Assembly: GCF_949152215.1 (NCBI RefSeq)
Contig: NZ_OX424407.1
Location: forward strand, 414,530-438,529
Origin: Lancefieldella sp. Marseille-Q7238
GTDB lineage: Bacteria > Actinomycetota > Coriobacteriia > Coriobacteriales > Atopobiaceae
DNA: 24,000 nucleotides
Reading direction: 5' to 3'
The translations under genes and the position numbers were made by a program. The notes under the pieces were generated by a model. That model was given only the letters and a program-made list of their open reading frames with translations. It ran no database searches and had not been told where the DNA came from. Below, piece by piece: positions 19,633 to 24,000 of this stretch (the first letter of the stretch is position 1; each line of letters starts with the position of its first letter).

Positions 19633-19971
19633 TTACTGTGCTGATTTGGCCTGTTTGATAAGGAGAATGGCCTTTTTAAGGACCTTCTCTCCGTCCATCA
19701 AACCATATGATTCTTTATCAATAAGGCTGATGGGTATTCCCGTCGGGCCGAACCTTTTAACTGTTTCGCTATACATATGTGAGACTTGGGGGCCCAGAAG
19801 AATGCAGTCAGGACGTTCGGCCTCAATGATTTGCCCGATAGAGTCAACCGGCTTCGCCTCAACGGTAATCGGCAACTTATGATTATCAGCTACCTGCTGC
19901 ATTGCATATGCCAACATACTTGTAGACATTCCAGCACTGCAAAAAAGGAAAATCTTTTTTGTGTTTCCCAT
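19633..19971 (-). CDS. PTS EIIB, lactose/cellobiose family, 112 aa
   Basis: The active-site Cys is in KKIFLFCSAGMSTSML (ChbB/CelA-type). The track ORF starts at GTG 19980. I prefer ATG 19971 because AAAGGAGGTGA lies immediately upstream with proper spacing. Confidence 0.9.
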   Translation of the reverse strand: MGNTKKIFLFCSAGMSTSMLAYAMQQVADNHKLPITVEAKPVDSIGQIIEAERPDCILLGPQVSHMYSETVKRFGPTGIPISLIDKESYGLMDGEKVLKKAILLIKQAKSAQ

Positions 19972-19998
19972 ATTCCTCACCTCCTTTCACCACTATCC

Positions 19999-20027
19999 AT
20001 CATTCCTAGTTAGTTGCATTTTTTCAA
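19999..20027 (-). promoter_or_regulatory. Candidate sigma-70-type promoter of the PTS/glycosylasparaginase operon
   Basis: The minus strand reads TTGAAA (20027-20022), a 17-nt spacer, then AATGAT (20004-19999). The site is about 30 nt upstream of the EIIB start and downstream of the ahpC terminator. Confidence 0.3.
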
Positions 20028-20092
20028 GGTGGAACCTCCGTCAACGGTAGAAAAAATCCGTCCTTATGCAGAAGCCCACAAAATAGCCGGAC

Positions 20093-20130
20093 GATAAAGA
20101 AAACGACAGGTCCTTAAGGGGACCTGTCGT
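20093..20130 (-). terminator. Intrinsic terminator of ahpC
   Basis: The minus strand reads ACGACAGGTCC-ccttaa-GGACCTGTCGT followed by TTTTCTTTAT. The stems are at 20103-20113 and 20120-20130, 65 nt past the ahpC stop. Confidence 0.8.
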
Positions 20131-20195
20131 TCGCTGGGAGCGTGCACTGTATTTACTTCAGAGCGCCAGCATGCATTACATGCTTTCTTGTCTTC

Positions 20196-20759
20196 TTACA
20201 GCTGACCGACAAGGTCAAGACCCGGCTTCAAAGTTTCGGCGCCGGGGTGCCACTTGGCAGGACATACCTGATCGCCATATTGCGCGACAAATTGAGCAGC
20301 CTGAAGCAGGCGCAAAAGCTCATCGGCATTGCGACCGATGCCACCGGCGGTGACCATCTCAACTTGAATGACGCCTTCAGGATCAACGATAAATGCGCCA
20401 CGCTCAGCCTGACCGGCTTCCTCTATCAAAACGCCAAAGTTTCTTGCAAGCACCTGCGCGGGATCGGCGAGCATCGGATAGGTTACCTTAGAGATACGCT
20501 CGGACTCATCATGCCATGCCTTATGCACGAATTCAGTGTCGCAGGAAACGGAATAAATCTCCGCGTCGATTTCTTGGAATTTGCTGTAGTTTTCTGCAAG
20601 ATCCTCAAGCTCGGTCGGACAGACAAACGTAAAGTCAGCCGGATAGAAGAAGAAAAGGCTCCACTTCCCCAGCGTGTCTGCTTTTGAGACAGTCTTGATT
20701 TCATTGTTTTGGAAAGCCTGCACCGTAAAATCTTTGATTTCGTTGCCAATCTGGGACAT
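20196..20759 (-). CDS. ahpC: Alkyl hydroperoxide reductase subunit C (typical 2-Cys peroxiredoxin), 187 aa
   Basis: The peroxidatic Cys is in FFYPADFTFVCPTE and the resolving Cys in VCPAKW. A GAAGGAGGA SD lies upstream of ATG 20759. No ahpF follows, and the terminator comes directly downstream. Confidence 0.93.
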   Translation of the reverse strand: MSQIGNEIKDFTVQAFQNNEIKTVSKADTLGKWSLFFFYPADFTFVCPTELEDLAENYSKFQEIDAEIYSVSCDTEFVHKAWHDESERISKVTYPMLADPAQVLARNFGVLIEEAGQAERGAFIVDPEGVIQVEMVTAGGIGRNADELLRLLQAAQFVAQYGDQVCPAKWHPGAETLKPGLDLVGQL

Positions 20760-20922
20760 GTCGTCCTCCTTCAGTCGGGGTTATCAGACAACGTCAAGGT
20801 ATTGCTACCTTGCTAGTAGTAATACCCACAAGTTAGCTTATTCTAACTATCTTCTGACAACATTTTGAGACGAAAACTTCTGCTGTACAACAGTCACTGT
20901 CACAGGTAATCTTGCAGTCTTC

Positions 20923-20957
20923 GCGCTAGTACATAAATGCATAAAAAGTACTAGCGC
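20923..20957. other. 10-bp perfect palindromic hairpin overlapping the methyltransferase stop codon, in the ahpC upstream region
   Basis: GCGCTAGTAC (20923-20932) / GTACTAGCGC (20948-20957) flank a 15-nt AT-rich loop, ATAAATGCATAAAAA. The right arm contains the TAG stop (20951-20953) of the minus-strand methyltransferase gene. No T-run follows on the minus strand. Confidence 0.4.
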
Positions 20958-21751
20958 ACACGTTGGAACACAAGGTATCGGTTAAGATTTTCATCTTTCC
21001 CATCTGCGCTAAACTGCGCGCATATGCGCACGTGAGAGCCAAGCTGAGCAATAAGGTCATCAAGCTCGTCTTGTGTAAAGTGATGGCAGTATCGCCATGC
21101 ATGAGCTTCGTCCTGCCAGCCTAGCAGGTAGTCGTGTTCCTCTAAAACGTCTGCGTCCATCTGGAGCTGCTGCAAAGCCTGGGCTGTTGTTGTATTGGCT
21201 TTAGCGGCTAATTTGACACTGTTCATAAATTGCCAAAATGAGATACAGAGATATCCTCCCGGTTTGGTTTTGTCTAGCAGAGTACGCACAAGCTGCACCC
21301 GATTTTGAGCTCCCGGCACATGGTGCATAAAGCCAAAGGCAACTACTAAGTCAGAGGCCGGCATCTTCAGCTGAGACGCCAACGTATTGTCCAACAGGCT
21401 GTTCACTACATCCATTTTGACAAAGACAATCCGATCATCCGCCGCTCCGCAGTGAACCAGCGGCTCGCAATTATCTATCGCAACATACGCCGCGGGTTTG
21501 ACGCCCGATTTCATCACAAATCGAGCAAAGCGTAAGTTACCGCATCCCACATCAAGCACACGGGGCTTCTCGGCAGCCATAAAGCGAGGCATGGCATCCA
21601 AACACTGCTGCCAGCCTTGCCAAGGCGCCTGACGCGTGGCAGAGAAGCTCTGAGCCTGCTGCGCATAGAACTCAGAGGTAATGTGGCTGAGCAGACGCGC
21701 GGTCTGCTTGCTGTCAGATGAGGTACCGGCAATGTTCATATGAGTATTCAT
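20951..21751 (-). CDS. Class I SAM-dependent methyltransferase, Trm9/ALKBH8-MT-like, 266 aa
   Basis: SAM motif I is in PRVLDVGCGNLRF. The upstream segment EFYAQQAQSFSATRQAPWQGW resembles the Trm9-type '...FS.TR...W' lead-in. The later motifs VAFGFMHHVP, GGYLCISFW and WRYCHHFTQDELDDL resemble the Trm9 pattern (IHH..., ...W, RYYH.F..EL). The comparison to Trm9 is from memory and has not been searched. Confidence 0.6.
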   Translation of the reverse strand: MNTHMNIAGTSSDSKQTARLLSHITSEFYAQQAQSFSATRQAPWQGWQQCLDAMPRFMAAEKPRVLDVGCGNLRFARFVMKSGVKPAAYVAIDNCEPLVHCGAADDRIVFVKMDVVNSLLDNTLASQLKMPASDLVVAFGFMHHVPGAQNRVQLVRTLLDKTKPGGYLCISFWQFMNSVKLAAKANTTTAQALQQLQMDADVLEEHDYLLGWQDEAHAWRYCHHFTQDELDDLIAQLGSHVRICAQFSADGKDENLNRYLVFQRVR

Positions 21752-21757
21752 ACGTGG

Positions 21758-21814
21758 ATTTTATCTCACTATCGTTACCCCGACCGACGTGAAGTCAGGC
21801 TGACTGCGTATAAT
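21758..21814. promoter_or_regulatory. Back-to-back -10 boxes placed 6 nt from each divergent ATG; leaderless-mRNA architecture
   Basis: On the plus strand, TATAAT (21809-21814) is followed by 6 nt (GCGAGT) and then ATG 21821 of the Elp3-like gene. On the minus strand, TAAAAT (21763-21758) is followed by 6 nt (CCACGT) and then ATG 21751 of the methyltransferase gene. Neither ATG has an SD. Confidence 0.45.
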
Positions 21815-21820
21815 GCGAGT

Positions 21821-23671
21821 ATGAACGAACTCATATGGGACATACTAGAGAAACTTCGCGCGAGCTCTCAGAGCGCTCTTGACGCCCATCAGCTTGAGGT
21901 GTTGCTCCGCTCACACAGCGGTACTGTCAACAACATCAGCGGCATAGATAGCCCAAAACAGATTCCCAAACGTGCTGTCCTGCCCTATTTTTTACAGGTC
22001 AAGAACAAAAATGCTGAGCTGTGGCGCTCTTGGAACGTTACGCCCGAGCTGGAAGCGCGCTTTATACACTCGGTGCGCATGAAACCGCGGCGCACTGCCT
22101 CGGGTGTAGCCACCATTACGGTCATCACACGACCACATACCTGCTCAAGCAATTGCCTGTACTGTCCCTGTGATCTACGCATGCCCAAAAGCTATATTGC
22201 CAACGAGCCGGCCTGTCAGCGTGCGGAGCAAGCATTCTTTGACCCTTACGTACAAGTTGCCGCTCGTCTGCAAGCACTGCATCAGATGGGCCATTCCACA
22301 GACAAGATCGAGCTTATTGTACTGGGTGGCACCTGGAGTGATTATCCTGCGGACTATCAATACTGGTTCATAAGCGAGTTATTCCGCGCACTCAATGATT
22401 GGCCCCGTTCACCTCAGCAGATCGAGAAGCGCCTGCATTGGTATCGCTCTTTTGGATTGCAAAATACAGAAGAAGCGCTGTCTTCATTTGTTGCTCGTCA
22501 GCAAGCGGCCGTCAACGCGCATGCCGTAACGTATAATCAGGCCTTCCACAGGCTGTACGATACCAGCCAAGCACACCAAACTGCATGGTCTCATATGCGT
22601 GCTACTTTCGAAGATCTTCTTAAACAGCAACGTGCTAATGAGACTGCAGCCTGCCGCGTAGTGGGTCTGGTCATAGAAACGCGCCCTGATACGATCATAC
22701 CCGCAAACCTGCGCATGTTCAGACAGCTTGGCTGCACTAAAATCCAAATCGGCATCCAAAGTACCCGGCAGGAAATTCTTGATGCCAACTTACGCCAAAT
22801 GACTGTCGCGCAGATCAAACGCGCATTCTCACTTATTCGCCTCTATGGATTCAAGATCCACTCGCACCTTATGGTCAATCTGTTAGGTGCAACACCCGAG
22901 GCAGATAAGCAAGACTTTATCAATTTTGTAACTGACCCCGGCTATCTGCCCGATGAGATCAAACTCTATCCTTGCGCATTGGTAGACGGTACGCAACTGG
23001 TCAAGAAGTACCGGAAGGGACTCTGGCAGCCCTACTCCAAAAACGAGCTGGTAGATGTGCTGGTACACGACGTATTAGCGGCACCGACATACGTACGTAT
23101 TTCTCGTATGATCCGCGATATTAGTGCCACCGATATTTTGGTAGGCAACAAACACACAAACCTGCGCCAAATGGTCGAACAAGAGCTCAATGATGGGGAA
23201 AAGGCTTCCTGTGTACAAGAGATCCGCTTCAGGGAGATCAACCAGCAACAGGTAAGTGCAGCTGAGCTCAGCTTACAGGACTACACCTATACTACTGCCG
23301 TAAGTGATGAGCACTTTTTGCAGTGGGTAACGAGAGATAACAAAATCGCAGGTTTTTGTCGGCTCTCACTCCCACACTGGGATGAGCTGGCGGCAGGCAC
23401 ATGCGACGTACATGCCGATGAATTGATAGTCCAGCCGGATCAGGCGATGATCCGAGAACTGCATATTTATGGCCAGGCTTTGTCTCTGGGCTCAGAAGGC
23501 ATATCCGCGCAACATCAGGGTCTTGGCCAAAAGCTACTCGTACAGGCGGGTAAGATTGCTGCAGACGAAGGTTATACTGCCCTCAATGTGATCAGCTCCA
23601 TTGGCACACGCGCTTACTATCGTGCGCAGGGCTTTAAGGATGCCGACTTATATCAGCAAAAAGAGCTGTAA
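21821..23671 (+). CDS. elp3: Bacterial Elp3 homolog: radical SAM plus GNAT tRNA U34 (carboxymethyl) modification enzyme-like, 616 aa
   Basis: The radical SAM cluster motif is in RPHTCSSNCLYCPCD (CX3CX2C). It is followed by an Elp3-like block, SYIANEPACQRAEQAFFDPYVQVAARLQALHQMGHSTDKIELIVLGGTW. The C-terminal GNAT region reads IRELHIYGQALSLG...QHQGLGQKLLVQAGKIAADEGYTALNVISSIGTRAYYRAQGF. The track ORF starts at ATG 21740 and would overlap the divergent gene by 12 nt. I prefer ATG 21821 (MNELIWDILEKL) because of the TATAAT box 6 nt upstream. Confidence 0.85.
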   Translation: MNELIWDILEKLRASSQSALDAHQLEVLLRSHSGTVNNISGIDSPKQIPKRAVLPYFLQVKNKNAELWRSWNVTPELEARFIHSVRMKPRRTASGVATITVITRPHTCSSNCLYCPCDLRMPKSYIANEPACQRAEQAFFDPYVQVAARLQALHQMGHSTDKIELIVLGGTWSDYPADYQYWFISELFRALNDWPRSPQQIEKRLHWYRSFGLQNTEEALSSFVARQQAAVNAHAVTYNQAFHRLYDTSQAHQTAWSHMRATFEDLLKQQRANETAACRVVGLVIETRPDTIIPANLRMFRQLGCTKIQIGIQSTRQEILDANLRQMTVAQIKRAFSLIRLYGFKIHSHLMVNLLGATPEADKQDFINFVTDPGYLPDEIKLYPCALVDGTQLVKKYRKGLWQPYSKNELVDVLVHDVLAAPTYVRISRMIRDISATDILVGNKHTNLRQMVEQELNDGEKASCVQEIRFREINQQQVSAAELSLQDYTYTTAVSDEHFLQWVTRDNKIAGFCRLSLPHWDELAAGTCDVHADELIVQPDQAMIRELHIYGQALSLGSEGISAQHQGLGQKLLVQAGKIAADEGYTALNVISSIGTRAYYRAQGFKDADLYQQKEL

Positions 23672-24000
23672 AACTACATACATGCAATAAAGCCGGCATC
23701 AGATGACAGCTGCTCTATCTGATCAGACAAGAGGTGACAAAACCTTCTTAAAACCTGGCAAGAGATTGAAACGGCAAAATCAATAAGAAGCCTGCCACTT
23801 TTTTAAGCTGCCTAGCTGCCCCTTAAATCCCTACCTCAAAATTTCAGCATCAGATTGCTATTTAAAGGGCGCAGCCAATCGGCACACCTAGTGCTAAATT
23901 GAGCAACCTGAGAAATACAAGAGTTCATCGGCATTACAGCCGATTACTCAGCAGTAACCATCTGACCCGGATAACACTCTCAAAATCAGCGTAAAAGCAC

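Noticed and set aside
21740-21820. The longer Elp3 start at ATG 21740 (an extra 27 aa, MSIHTWILSHYRYPDRREVRLTAYNAS).
   Set aside because: It would overlap the divergent methyltransferase start by 12 nt. The extension contains the TATAAT box positioned 6 nt before ATG 21821, and it does not look protein-like. I kept it as an alternative in the feature evidence.
23734-23772. CRISPR-repeat-like 39-mer GTGACAAAACCTTCTTAAAACCTGGCAAGAGATTGAAAC, which ends in the ATTGAAAC seen in several repeat families, followed by a tracrRNA-like T-tract region.
   Set aside because: Only a single copy is present, with no repeat-spacer periodicity and no cas genes in the window. It cannot be called a CRISPR array or a tracrRNA from this sequence alone. 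It would become relevant only if an array or cas9 lies just beyond position 24000.

Overview
A 24-kb chromosomal window, roughly 50-55% GC by eye. No rRNA, tRNA, CRISPR array, transposase or integrase was recognised. The type-A RNase P RNA, the extended -10 (TGnTAnnAT) promoters and the leaderless-looking starts suggest an actinobacterium, possibly Coriobacteriia/Atopobiaceae-like. That lineage call is inference only.

Gene content, left to right:
- The 5' ~751 codons of dnaE on the minus strand. It runs off the left edge and is missing from the ORF track because there is no in-window stop.
- A beta-glucoside module: GH1 6-phospho-beta-glucosidase and PTS EIIBC on the minus strand, with a divergent AraC-family regulator.
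- A GC3-rich orphan ORF or gene remnant.
- Two tandem pepC (C1-like aminopeptidase C) paralogs.
- A minus-strand pair of stand-alone EIIA-Glc (crr-like) and YigZ/IMPACT.
- rnpB.
- A Gfo/Idh/MocA oxidoreductase.
- A Cof-type HAD phosphatase.
- A seven-gene minus-strand operon: PTS Lac/Cel EIIB, EIIC, a truncated GrdB-like protein, a glycosylasparaginase-type Ntn hydrolase, an M20 peptidase, CutC and an RDD membrane protein.
- A monocistronic ahpC.
- A divergent pair: a Trm9-like SAM methyltransferase and a bacterial Elp3 (radical SAM + GNAT) homolog.

The ORF track uses ATG, GTG and TTG as 'M', so several listed ORFs carry spurious N-terminal extensions. I trimmed these using SD motifs and family N-termini.

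Two candidates stand out as under-described systems. The first is the Elp3/Trm9-like pair, a possible eukaryote/archaea-style xm5U34 tRNA wobble pathway in a bacterium. The second is the PTS-glycosylasparaginase-M20-CutC-GrdB-like operon, a possible PTS-dependent glycosyl-asparagine or glycopeptide catabolic locus.
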